The position numbers were made by a program, and so were the translations under genes. Shown piece after piece: positions 37,835 through 50,849 of a stretch of 61,098 nucleotides of DNA. Position 1 is the stretch's first letter; the number at the start of each line of letters is the position of its first letter. The notes under the pieces are model-generated. The model was not told where the DNA came from, did not search any database, and worked only from the letters and a program-made list of their open reading frames with translations. Origin of the DNA: Octopus bimaculoides (lineage: Eukaryota); the NCBI RefSeq assembly GCF_001194135.2, contig NC_068989.1, positions 1,891,323-1,952,420 on the forward strand, given 5' to 3'.

Positions 37835-38470
37835 GAAGGCAATTCAAACAAGGTCAGACAAATATATTCAATTTTACTCTTCTTCCCCATCAAATTTTTA
37901 TGCTTAGGAGGAAGAACTTTTGCAAAAGTGCACTGAAGAAGCATTTTCAGTGTTTGTTCAGAGGTAGACTAATTTCTTAGCAAGAGACATTAACTGTATC
38001 AAAGTCTCAGCTCTTAATCAGGCAGTCAACTTACTCTTCTTTTTTAAACCTTATAATCAAACCCTGTAACCACTTTTCTAAGCCCAAATCCTGCCAATAT
38101 AATAAATGTGTTTACAGTAGAGTTGGATGGTCTTCATTTCAATTCCGTTATGCCTTAAATGCAGAATACAGGTCAAGTATGGCTGCAAATATTATTATTC
38201 TAAAAAGTCCTAAAGTATCAGGAATTCTTCTATGCATGTAAACAATTCACTTTAAAATACTTCAGTTAATAAGAATAAATAAAAATAAAATAAAATAAAT
38301 CTAAGCCTGATTATGAATTTTAGTTAGAATATTTTGTCCAAATAATTGTTGGGTGCAATATTGAAGACTTGCATGAGAAATTAATAAATACTTTCTGAGC
38401 AAATTTTTCTTTTCTGTTCTATATTTAAGAGATGAGGAATTATGCACATTTGACATATTTGTCATCTCGT

Positions 38471-38820
38471 CTGATGTACCTTCCAGCCCTCATCAGGTGT
38501 CTTGGGGAAATTTCGAACCTGGGTTCTCATTACTATTTTTCGATGTTATTATTATTATTATTCAGGTCACTGCTTGGAATCGAACTCGGAATCTTGGGGT
38601 TAGTAGTCTGTGCTCTTAACCACTATGCCCACAGGCACATGGCATAGTGGTCAAGAGTGCGGGCTACTAACCCCAAGATTCTGAGTTTGATTCCAAGCAG
38701 TGATGATGATGATGATGATAATAATATAAAAAAATACCTTAGGAATGAGAACCCAGGTTCGAAATTTCCCCAAGACACCTGATGAGGGCTGGAGGGTGTA
38801 TCAGCCAAAACGTTGTACTA
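38471..38820. mobile_element. Palindromic element (two head-to-head tRNA-headed units, 11-nt spacer) with degenerate hammerhead cores at both outer ends
   Basis: Arms 38471-38629 and 38641-38806. Arm 2 starts with an A/B-box-like GGCATAGTGGTCAAGAG...GAGTTTGATTCC and ends GACAC-CTGATGA-G-GGCTG...CAGCC-AAAAC-GTT. Partial copies at about 21120-21240 and 30110-30230. Confidence 0.7.
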
Positions 38821-38999
38821 GAAAGGAAGCTATGTTCTCATAACAACTAAAAGCACAAAAGATGTGATGAGAGGGATGTGTGCAAATGGAATGAGGGACA
38901 GGAGTACTCAATACGGTAAGTATGAGTATTCAAGGCAACAAGACTGAGGTGTCAGAAGTCAACATGACCCAAGAGATAGAGTGATGATGGATGCCCAAG

Positions 39000-39460
39000 A
39001 TGTTATCATCATCATCCTTTAATGTCCGTTTTCCATGCTGGCATGGGTTGGATGGTTTGACTGAGCACTGGCAAGTCAGAAGGCTGCACCAGACTCCAAT
39101 CAATCTGGCAAAGTTTCTACAGCTGGATGCCCTACCTAACGCCAACCACTCCGAGAGTGTAGAGGGTGTTTTTTACATGCCACCTGCATGAGGGCCAGTC
39201 AGGCGGTACTGACATCAACCAAGCTTGAATGGTGCTTTTTATGTGTGACCGGCATGGGACCAGTCAGGCAGCAGTGGCATTGACCACGTTAGTATGGTGT
39301 ATTTTACATGCCACCAGCACGGGAGCCAGTCCAGTGGGACTGGTATCAACCATGCTCAAATGGTGCTTTTCATGAACCACTGGTAAAAGGGTGCCAGTCA
39401 GGCAGTACTGGCATCGGCCATGACAATGATTTTACTTGACTCAGCAGGTCTTTCCAAGCA
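39000..39460 (-). repeat. (ATG)n-tailed interspersed repeat, family D. Copies at about 19750-19920, 25525-25620, 27725-27870, 29930-30030, 31540-31660, 43780-44080, 44870-45030, 56515-56700, 59990-60270
   Basis: Shared CATCATTTAACGTCC...TTCCATGCTGGCATGGGTTGG...CAGCTGGATGCCCTTCCTAA blocks. Confidence 0.8.
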
Positions 39461-39786
39461 CAGTATATTGCCCTATGATAGAAGGGTACCCTTAAATGGG
39501 TGAAAAGGAATATGAGAATGCTAGCAGACAGTGTGACAGGAGGGGAAGGGGAAGTGGATATAAATGGTCGAGAGCAGTTTGGTGGTGAGAGTCAGAATAG
39601 GCACAGTGGAATTCTGACTGGAAGCAATGTGTTGTGAGCAGAACAGGTCTCCTATACTCAGTCACATTGGGGGCACAGCACACTGAGAAAGGGAAGGAGT
39701 GTTTCAAAGATGATCAAAAGAATATAATGTATGCGAAACAGAAGATGAGTAACAAAGGTGGGAGGCAAGAATGTGCAAAATGTGGC

Positions 39787-39829
<43 letters not shown>

Positions 39830-40521
39830 ACTGCCAGGAAATGAGAGATCCGCTGTGTATGTGATCTTGTATTTGTCACCATGAAACAAGCGGTGTTGTT
39901 TCCAATCTTCTATGAAAAAATGTCCTGTCAAGGGGTTCCAACTCATGCCAGCATGGAAGATGGACATTAAAAGGATGAAGTGAGAGTATCAAACCATAGA
40001 AAATAAACCTCACAGAATTCCAACTGACCCATGCAAGCAAAGAAAATGGAAGTTAAACTATTTTAAGTAATGTATATTTTATATACATATACACACATTT
40101 ATTTATATATATACATTATAAATGTAAAATCCAAGTGTAGGAAGAAAGTTAGCTTCAAGCAATCCATAGTAAATATATATAAAAATAACACCTTTCATGG
40201 ACAATAGTGGTTTATTGAGAGGGAAGGTTGTGGATTCTTTTTTCGTGTCGAAGGACAATAAATTGAAAAAGGTTATTTTTATATTTCACTGTAGGTGACC
40301 AGGGTTGCCTGGTGTGTGAATAAGAATACAAGAGTTACGGAATGGAGTAGGAAAGATCTGGGCTTCATAGGTTTCAGAGTGAGAGAAACCTCTCAGAAGT
40401 GGTAAATATCCAGGTGAGGTGTATACTGCAGGCTACTCTTCCGGCCAAGGACATCTCGATTAAATGAAAGTTTACATTGTCGCAAGGAGGTACATGTTAA
40501 TGCATGGAAGATTCAATCAGA

Positions 40522-40563
<42 letters not shown>

Positions 40564-40579
40564 TCACACACACACTTTA

Positions 40580-40615
<36 letters not shown>

Positions 40616-41729
40616 TAAATACATACAAACACACACACATGAAATATACTGTACATCATTATACGGTTTATATAGTGCATATATTGATTGCTGAAATATT
40701 GACTGAACTGTCACAGCTGTACTGTTTTTTTTTTGTATTTCATTTTAAAGTGGGTTAGGGACAGGCAAGGAAAATTTTAAGTGAAAAATAATGCTTCTCC
40801 CTTTTATAGATATCAATTCAATAAATTTATGCAGAATTACCATTCTGATTCAATATATTGGTCGATAACCAAATGATTTTAGAGGCAAAGCTAGTAATTT
40901 TATATATATATATATATATATAGCGACAAGGGCCCATCAGCTATAGAAAAGGTGTGAAAAATGGAATGTATAATGAGTTGTAACTTCTAACCCCTCTACC
41001 AGGGTAGTTAACTTAAAATAAAAAACATTTGATACACGATGATCCATTCAACCCATGGCAGCAACGAAAAATGAATGCAGAATGACACATTGCATTTTAT
41101 ACACAATAATTCATCATATTTCAATGTCCACTTTCCACGATAATATAGACTGAATAGTGTGACTGAAAGTGGCAAACTGCAAGCTCCAAGGTCATCTTTG
41201 GCATGGGTTCTACGACTGGATGCTTCTTTTCATGCTACCAATACTACTGATGTAGCCATGTAACTTACAAGAGTGAAGAGAGGAGAAACAAAGGGGAAAA
41301 AAGCTATCGCTAATAAGAAGAGGGTTTGGGAGGAAGAGAAGGTGACAATGGGCGGCTTTATGCCAGTGTTGAAAGGGAAAAAATCACAGGTGTCTTGCTG
41401 TAGAGGAGGAAGGCAGTGATGGAGTGCTAGAGCAAACTCTCAAGGTCCAAGAAGGTGAACCTAAGAGAGGAAACAGAGTGGGTCATAAGAGTGTGAGGAA
41501 GAGGTAACCAGGTGGAGGAAGGGATTAATGCAGTGAGTGATGAAATAGGGTGGGGGCTGCAGATGGGCAGTACTAGAGGTGACAGATACAGGGGTGGCTC
41601 AGGGATGGAGAATAGAACAGAAAGTAGTGGAATGATGTGCAAAGTGTAGGAGCAGTGGAGAGGGAAATATAGAGGTACATAAGGGGCTAGTGTATGTGGG
41701 GTATGATGGTAGACACAGAGGGCTTTGAG

Positions 41730-41980
41730 ATTTTATGACCTTTACAATGCTCAAAAGTTCTTCCTCAAATTCAGCACTTGAAGTCACAAGCTTTATCAAG
41801 AGGCCCATCACTTTGCTTAGCGTAATCAAAGTGATATATGCCCTCCAACCCATTCGGTGTATAACAGAATTGGTCTTGTCAATAAGGACTTTTAAATATT
41901 CCTTCTTAGATGGTATGAGTATATCCTTCAAAGATACGTTGACGAATAGTTTCTCCATTATGAAGGTAATCCGTAGTAAG
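41730..41980 (-). mobile_element. Penelope-like element N-terminal fragment, in ARF1 intron
   Basis: SLKDILIPSKKEYLKVLIDKTNSVIHRMGWRAY...FEEELLSIVKVIK resembles the conserved PLE N-terminus SLKNIPIPSxxEY...RMRWKA. Confidence 0.75.
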
Positions 41981-42493
41981 CACAAGAAAGTATGTGTGGA
42001 GTCAAAATAAAGGAAAATAGGGATTAAATAAATCCAGGCAAGACACTCTTTAAGCACTCTGTGCAAATAGAACTTGCTTGATATTATGGTATTCCATACA
42101 GGGTGTTATTCATTTCTTGTGTCAAGTACTATTTGTAGATCCAAAGTTGACCACCAATTAGAATCAATCATTTATTTTGCTTTCATGCGTTTCAAATAGT
42201 TTAACATAAAGCAATCACTGCACATTGCAATTTGCATATTTAATCAATCCTTCAGCCAATCGATTTATTAGCCAGAACTAACAGAGCTGCTGACCACTAA
42301 ACAGACCTATTTATTATGCATAAATATTTTCAATCCTAATTCATTCTGGGTTGTATACTTGATGTGCAGAAGTTCAGATGGCTGGAGCCAGAAACAAAAA
42401 CTAAGTCATGTAATTCAACCAATCTTATATCACTTGCTATGTTTCAGGGCCTAAGCCAAGTGAGTAGTAACTACACTTGTGGAAGTGCTGGCC

Positions 42494-42715
42494 TTAACCC
42501 TTTCATGACCAACCCAGCTGAAACTGGCTCTGAGTACAAATGTCTTGTTTTCATAAGTTTTGAATTAAAATCTTCCACCAGACCTTAGTCACAATTTATG
42601 TTCCTACCACTTGCTTAATTGTAACTAAGTCATTTTACTAAATTCTTTGTTATATTTAAAGTAACTGAAAGAAACATAGAGCATCTCAAAATCACTACAA
42701 TAACGAAAAGGTTAA
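42494..42715. mobile_element. piggyBac-like MITE, family 3
   Basis: TTAA|CCCTTTC...GAAAAGG|TTAA; imperfect TIR; interior unrelated to families 1 and 2. Confidence 0.6.
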
Positions 42716-43101
42716 ACTTGCATTATGCATGGGAAATACCACTTCATTATCAAAGGCCCCAGTCATGGCTAAGTGAGCAAACCTGCATTTTCCTCTCAAG
42801 AGCCTCAATCACCTTTTGGAATAGAAGAACTTCATCACCACCATCTCATCTTTCCTCACAAACTTCTCTTCTGACTTTCATTTTCTATCTCTGACTGGGG
42901 GGGGGGTGCATACACAACATACCAATCAAATACTAAAGTTGATAAGAGACTTAACCAATTCTTTTCCACAAGCTATCTGCACACCACTAGATTCTAAAGC
43001 ATGTGATGCAGTTCAAACACGTCTTTGGGGATTCAAGCAATTTATCAAGCTATCTACAGCAAAGGGAAAATGATTCTATAAATAGTCATAATTGCATTTA
43101 C

Positions 43102-43226
43102 CTGTTTATTAGCAAAAACAAGTACCACTGCATCCCTCAGCTCATCCTCATTAAGCATCCGGTTTAATTCTTCACAGGCCTCTTGAATTCTTTCTCTATC
43201 ATTGCTATCCACAACAAAAATTAACC
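43102..43226 (-). CDS. ARF1: ARF1-like coding exon 3: [42 protein letters not shown]
   Basis: NKQD motif start; 125 nt; tttccag|...|gtaaat. Confidence 0.98.
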
Positions 43227-45064
43227 CTGGAAACAATTCACATATAATTCCATTACACAGAAATTTTTTAATGTTTTAATTAAAAAACAAAAACAAAAAC
43301 ACTGAAATTCTTGACAAGATGTAACCCCATTCAGCAAGTCAAATGCTCTTTCTAACATAAAGGCTTGGTAACGATCACAAGAACAGACGTCATTTTCACT
43401 GATTTCTTTAAATACAAGAAAGGACATGCTAAAATGGCAAAATAATCAAGAGTTTAAAATAACTTCAAAGGCAGAGGTTCTTCAGTTGTTCCCAAAGCAC
43501 CACAATACATTACATACATAGCAACAAAAAAAAAAATGGAAGAATTAATAAAGTCAGAGTAAACCTACATTTTAGAAGTCAACTCCTGTCAAATGTAACG
43601 GCTAAAAAATTAAAACTAATGAACATTTCAAGTTATTTTTAGAACTAGGTTTTCAACTAACTGTGAAATAACCATCCTCAAGTTATTTCTAATTTCCTGC
43701 AAAAAGTGTAAAAGAATAACTCAAAATACTGCAAAAGAAATTTCATTCTTAAATTATTCTTTTAAATTACATTCATCATCATCATTATTATCATTGTTGT
43801 TTAACGTCTGGTTTCCATACTGGCATGGGTTGGACGGTTTGACTGAGGACTGGCAAGACAAAGCTATACCAGGCTCCAATCTGATCTGGCAAAGTTTCTA
43901 CAGCTGGATGCCTTTCCTAACACCAACCACTCCAAGAGTGTAGTGGTGCTTTTTACGTGCCACCAGCAAGAGGGCCAGTTAGGTGGCACTGGCAATGACC
44001 ACATTCGAATAGTGCTTTTTATGTGCCACCAGCACGGGTGCTGGCATTCGCCATGACAATGACTTCGCTTGACTCAACATTAGGGTAAATTTTAAATATA
44101 TATTAACTAAATCTACCAAATTTTTGACTTTGAAAAAGTTATCAAGAGACCCAGGAACCTCTAAAAAGTAAATACAGTGCCTATGAAATTAAAATATTTA
44201 GGTTGGTTGATATAGAAAAGCAATGTATTTATGATACATAAAATGTATTTACACCAATTTGCATCATAAATTTAAGAATTACAGGGCATTACTAACATTA
44301 GAAAGCCTATTTAAATTATTTGAAGTCTGTTATCTGTGTAAGTATTTGCTTTGTACCCTTGTCTTCATAGCATGAGATTGTTGTAAACATGTGTCACCAT
44401 CATACACATGCAGTTGTTCATTTCTAATTTTCTGTGGAAAAACATGTCTGGCCATGGGATAATAATTTCCTTGCCTAGAAACAAGTGAAGGGCAGTGAGA
44501 GGAAGGGCATCCTGCCATAGGAAGTAGGCCTTAGTGAACTAATCCATGCAAGCAAGGAAACAACGTTTATTGATGACAATGGACACTGTTACATCTCAGG
44601 GCGAAAACATTGGAAATGATATCAGCAGGAATACTGAAATATCTCAAAGCATAAAACATTAAATAGTTTTCTTTTACATTTACGTAAAAAGTTGTTTGAA
44701 ATTCATGGAGAAGTATTTTTAATATTTACATTCTAGTAAAGCAGCATAATGCTGGCAGAGTCATCAGAGCGCTGGGCGAAATGATTAGCAGTTTTTCACC
44801 TGTCTTTAGGTTCTCAATTCATATTCCACTAAGGTCGACTTCACTACATTTACAATTTTTTGTGATCTCTATTTTCCATGCTAGCATGGACTAGATGGCT
44901 TGAATGGAAATAGTAAGCTGTATCAGGCTCCAGTTTGATTTGGCTTGGTTTCTACAGCTGGATGCCCTTCCCAATGAATGCCAACCACTCCAAGAGTGTA
45001 GTGGGTGCCTTTTATGTATCACTGGCACTGGCCAAGAGTAATTGTGCTTTACCACCTCATCCTA

Positions 45065-45581
<517 letters not shown>

Positions 45582-47001
45582 TTAACCTAAAGGGAGAGAG
45601 AGAAAGAAAGAGAATTAATCTAAAATGCCATTAATATTTTTAAATGTAGATACACAAAACATGAAAGATTATTAAATAAGCATCACCAATAAAACATTTT
45701 ATACATTAACAGAGAACTACAACAATCACAACCAAGTGTATGTGGCTGTTCAATGTGCTAGAAACAACAGCCAAATTTCCCTTAAATCGTACCCTACCCA
45801 GCTTGAAAAAGAATTAACATGATTCATGCCTGAACTAAAGGCAAATTGGTCATGACTAGTGTCTTGAACCAAAGGCTGCATATGCAGAACCCATCTGAAG
45901 ATAATTATTATACAGATAATTAGTGAAATGATTAAGATATAAAGTTTAACCAGAAAATGGAAATTCCATAAAACTATCTCTAGCATATTGAAATAAAATA
46001 CTGAACAGGATTTTAAAAAACATGACTGGATATATTGACAAATTGAGAAACCATTTTGCAAAACCATCCATTTCCACTTTGGCAGTGGTACAATGACAAA
46101 TAGCATATCAAAGATTAAAACTCCAGTGCATAGAAATAGGCTCATCAATAACTATGCATTAAGATCTATTCAATTCCAAAATGCATTATTTGTAGTGTGC
46201 GTTCAAATGATCTCAAAAGTAAGTTACACCAAATATCTGATTGTATAATTAATGACAGTGAAATTTGATAAACGACATATGGAATAAGTGTTCAAAATGC
46301 ATATTAGGAATTTAAGAAAGTAAGCCAAGAGAAATTTAAGGTGAAATTATTTACAGACTGTTTGAGGGGAGATGATACACAAAGAATGGAGGCAAAACTG
46401 TGCACTAATATTTTACATTGATAGATCTAAGTAGACAAGAGTTAGAATTAAAAGAAATATTTCCTGCAATTAGCTTAGATTTATACGTTTAATTCAGCTT
46501 ACTTAGGACGTGTATAAACTCGAATATTTCAATATTAAACTTGATTGAACTAAAAAACAAATTACCTATCACAACTCTGATGCTAATTATTTCACTTAAA
46601 AGTAATCAAGTGCTTTTGTTGTAACAGATTGAGATTTCAAAAGAATGTAAGTTGTTAATTCCCAAATGAACATTTTTTTTTATAGAAATGGTATTTCAAA
46701 AATACAATTTATAAACTATCAACAAGTTAAATTATTTATTCCTCAGTCACATATCAACAATGCTTCACAATAATGAATTCATAAACACAAAAATCTTAGA
46801 CAAATCACCAGAAAGCTGTAAAATGTTCTGGAACTTAACTGGGGTAAGAAGGAAAATATGCATGACACATTTACAAGTGAAACTGTTTAAAAAAGAAAGC
46901 AAGAAAAACGAAAATCACAACAGGAAATACTTGACTTATTTAATTGTCTAACACAGCTTACGGTTCCTATTTAAAACTCTGGTGCTCTCAGGTTCTGTAA
47001 C

Positions 47002-47038
<37 letters not shown>

Positions 47039-48672
47039 GGAAGGAGACCTGAAACCCAAATACTTTAACTTGGAAAACGAAAATAGTTCAAATTCTCAGT
47101 TTTGCTGCAATTTAAATCCAATCTTGTATTTTTGGAAAAAAATTGTCTGACCAGGGAAGAAAAATAGAATAATGCATTTCTATAAAGGTATTTCTAATTC
47201 CATATTCTATGCTCACATATGTCAAATATTAAATAGCTGCAAGTTGTGGTCTCTAAACTAGTTTGTAATAAAATAGGTAACTCAAAAAAGATGACACTTT
47301 ACATTTTGATAGACTTGTACACTTTCATATCCTAAACTTACTTTCAAACTAATATTTCTTAAAACTACAAAACCTTTCATTTTGTTTATAAGTAGAGTAA
47401 TAACAAGAGATACACAGACTTTTATTCAATACATAATGTGATACTGTGATATTTCACTCTTCATTAAAATAAAAAAAACACAAAAACCAATTGAGACTAA
47501 AATTAGCAAAGTTAACAGTGATAGCCTAAAATAAGATTTTATGGAAATGTAATGGGCAATAAAAAAAAAACTCAGTGGAATAATCACATAATCATTGAAG
47601 AATACTGCCTCTGCATGGAACAATGATAACCAAAAGTGTTATAAGAAATTGAATCAACAACTGGTCAGTCTGATTCCATAAGACTAAGCATTTCACTGAA
47701 AATGTTGGCTATTGTGACAAAAATTCTACCATTCCATTACTTATCTGAATATAAGCAAACATTCCAGTAGTTTAGCTTCTACTAAAGGATTACTTTTGCA
47801 AGTGTTTTTAGGACATGGCCAAGAGAAACGTCACTAGGGAACAGCATCTAAAAGAAAGGATAATGAAGAGCGTCAATGGCAGCAGTTCTGGGAGTAGGGA
47901 GTAAATTCAATGAAGCACTCCAAAATAAGGAGTTTCCAACAAGATTTTAGAAAATTCTAGGACTTTAAGCCAACAATACTGACTTCCTTCATGTCTGCTT
48001 CTCCCACTGCCACTTTCCTTGGTGATTTTGCTTTTCAAAATTCCATGTTTTAGAAAATTTGGCAATTCTATAAAAACAATTTGAGCTCTATCACTGAATA
48101 ATATCAAGAATTCCAAATAGAGAAAATTGCTAAGACACAGTTTTGAGAGATAACCAGAATGGCCATTACAAGATGTTGAATCATAGGATTATGGAAATTT
48201 AGGCTTTAGTTTGAAGCATACTTGGCAATCGGAGATTTTGTGGAAATCTGTATTAGAAGACAAGACTTTTTTGCCTTTACATAATACAACAATCTTATAA
48301 GACATGTGCAACAATTTGTCATTAAAACATTAAAAGTGTTAATTTAATCAACGCATTTAACCATTTAGCATTCAGATTATTGTCATATGTGATGCTTATT
48401 TGTTATTTTGAATTAATCGTGCATTTCCTCATAGCATTGAGATTTCAAATGATGTGATTGTTTATTTTCAGAACGACTTTGTAAGGGAGAGGTGAGAGGC
48501 TGAATTTAACCAGTTCAAACAGAACAGAACAGACTATTCAGGCCTGATATGGCTGATTAAGACATCGACAAACATGGTGTTTTCTACATCAGTAGAAAAT
48601 GTCAAACCTATATGAAGTTCATCCCTCACCCCAGTAAAATGTTTTGACATTATTTTGTATTTATGAATTCTA

Positions 48673-48888
48673 TTAACCCTTCAGCATTCAAATTATTGTC
48701 AAATGTAATCCTTATTTATTCACATTGTTTTGAATTAATTACCTTATAGCTTCAAGATTTTGATGTGATGGTTTATTTTTAAAAGGACATTGCAGGATAG
48801 ATGTGAGGGGCTGGATTGGATCCATCTGAACATAAAATAAGTAGTATATTTGGGGCTGATGTGGCCAGTTGAAATGCTAAAGGGTTAA
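48673..48888. mobile_element. piggyBac-like MITE, family 1
   Basis: TTAA|CCCTTCAGCA...TGCTAAAGGG|TTAA. Confidence 0.8.
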
Positions 48889-50849
48889 ACAGGGTTTGAT
48901 TTGCAAAGAGAGAAAATTGTCTCCCTACGAGGTAGTGTTGCCATTTATGTAAGCAACCAACAACTTCAGCCACATCTTTCTCAAATAGGATACAAGTCAC
49001 TTTTAAAAGCATTTGCTTTTGTTTTGAAAGCAGTTGTAGCTTCTTGAGAAATGGGAAACCTGGTAAATTTTGTTAGGAGTCATTAAAAAAAGAAAAAAAA
49101 ATTTTTTTTTAGTCAGGAGGAAAGGCCCAAAGCACCAGGTTTTAGTGGTGTTAAGCCAGGCAATGGATTAAGCACACAAATAGCTGGAACGAATCTGATC
49201 TGGCATTTTTACAGTTCAACTAATCCACCACCCAAAACAGAGATGAAACAAATCCCACAAGGCAGTCCATCCAATGCTACAACTATTCGGTCAATTTACC
49301 ATCTAAAGAGCTGCTATCCATTTGTTGTAACTAGCAGTCCAGTGAATTTTTTTTTTTTTTTTACAAAAGGCAACCTATCAGGCTCAGCTATTTTGTAGTC
49401 TCAAATGCAATAACTAAGATTGAGGCTTGTCTTACAAAAAATACATTTTTTTCTATAAAAGGAGTCAAGATGTTTTATACATATCTTTAGATAGCTGCCA
49501 TTAATCCTCAGTAGAGTCACTACCTACATCAGAGGTCTCGGTATAAAATTGTTTGGGGACCCCGATCTAACCTATCTAAATATGAATATGCAGATTTCAG
49601 ATTATTCTGTGGGATGACTAAAAACAATGTCAGAGCATTTGTAAGATTATCTGTCTACTGATACAGATTGTCCCAAAGCTCAAGCAGCAGCATGAAAACA
49701 TTTTTTAACTGCCAGTGGAAATTGGTAACAGTCATGTTTCATATTGAGCTCACTTAAAATAACGTAGAGACAGTGTGTGTGTGTGTGTATTAAACTGTCA
49801 ACGACAAACACTGGGGAAAATGCTAAGACCAGTGTGTGTGTTGACAGTGGTTGAGAGATCAATGACAGGGTATTGAAATTTTTGTTATCACATGGTGAGT
49901 CACACAATACATGAAGCTGCCTTTGATTGAATAGCTTACTTCACCTTATGATTTGTCATTTGCTTACACCTCAGCGGTGTAGCAATAAGTTTTGTGCTTG
50001 GAGTTAAAGGGGTGAAGAATGCAACAGGTGACATTTTAAGGCAAGAAAAATTTAATAACATTACAGAAGTTTGGGGGGTTATTATAGACTGAAATGCTTG
50101 AGACATGAAACTAAGATTTGCATCCCAACTTCCAAATGACACCTCTGCATATTGTTGACTAAGCTATTTCCGTACCATCACATTGTTGTCTATGAATGGC
50201 TTAGTAACTGAAGCATTTTGCTCAGCAATATCAACTTGGATAAAATTGTCCTCCATGCTTCAATAAAGAAATTGATACATGTTAGTACACTGGAGATTTG
50301 TTTCATTACCTGGATTATAATGGCATTTGATTGGTTTATTAGGTGATTTGCACACCTGAGAAAAATGGTATTTTTTCTCATACTTATAACATATGGTATG
50401 CCTTCTACTGTCATATTTACACTTACAGAAAAAAATCCTAGAAAAGTAACTGTTATAGTAACTTTCCTGTTTAGAATACTTTGTAACAACAATGATACTA
50501 TTTACAAGGATATTTCAGTTATAAACTCTTGCACATTGTTTAAACTTAAGTTTTAAACTCAGGATTGAAACATGACTATTTCCAAGTTTGGTGTTTCATT
50601 CAACTCCTCTGAATATTATACCCGTTACATACATTAAATTTCTCGTGTTCTATCCCAACCAACACTCAAGATGCATTCTTAAGCCGGAGCTTAAAAGCTT
50701 GGAGAAATTTATCCTATCTGGCTAGATTACCTCAAGTTGTAGGCTGGTACTGGCTACTTACAAGTTTCACTAGTTTAATTCTGATATCCTTTAGGCAATT
50801 ATTTTGATCGTCCTTATAATGATCACTGATAAATTCAAATATTTCGTGG

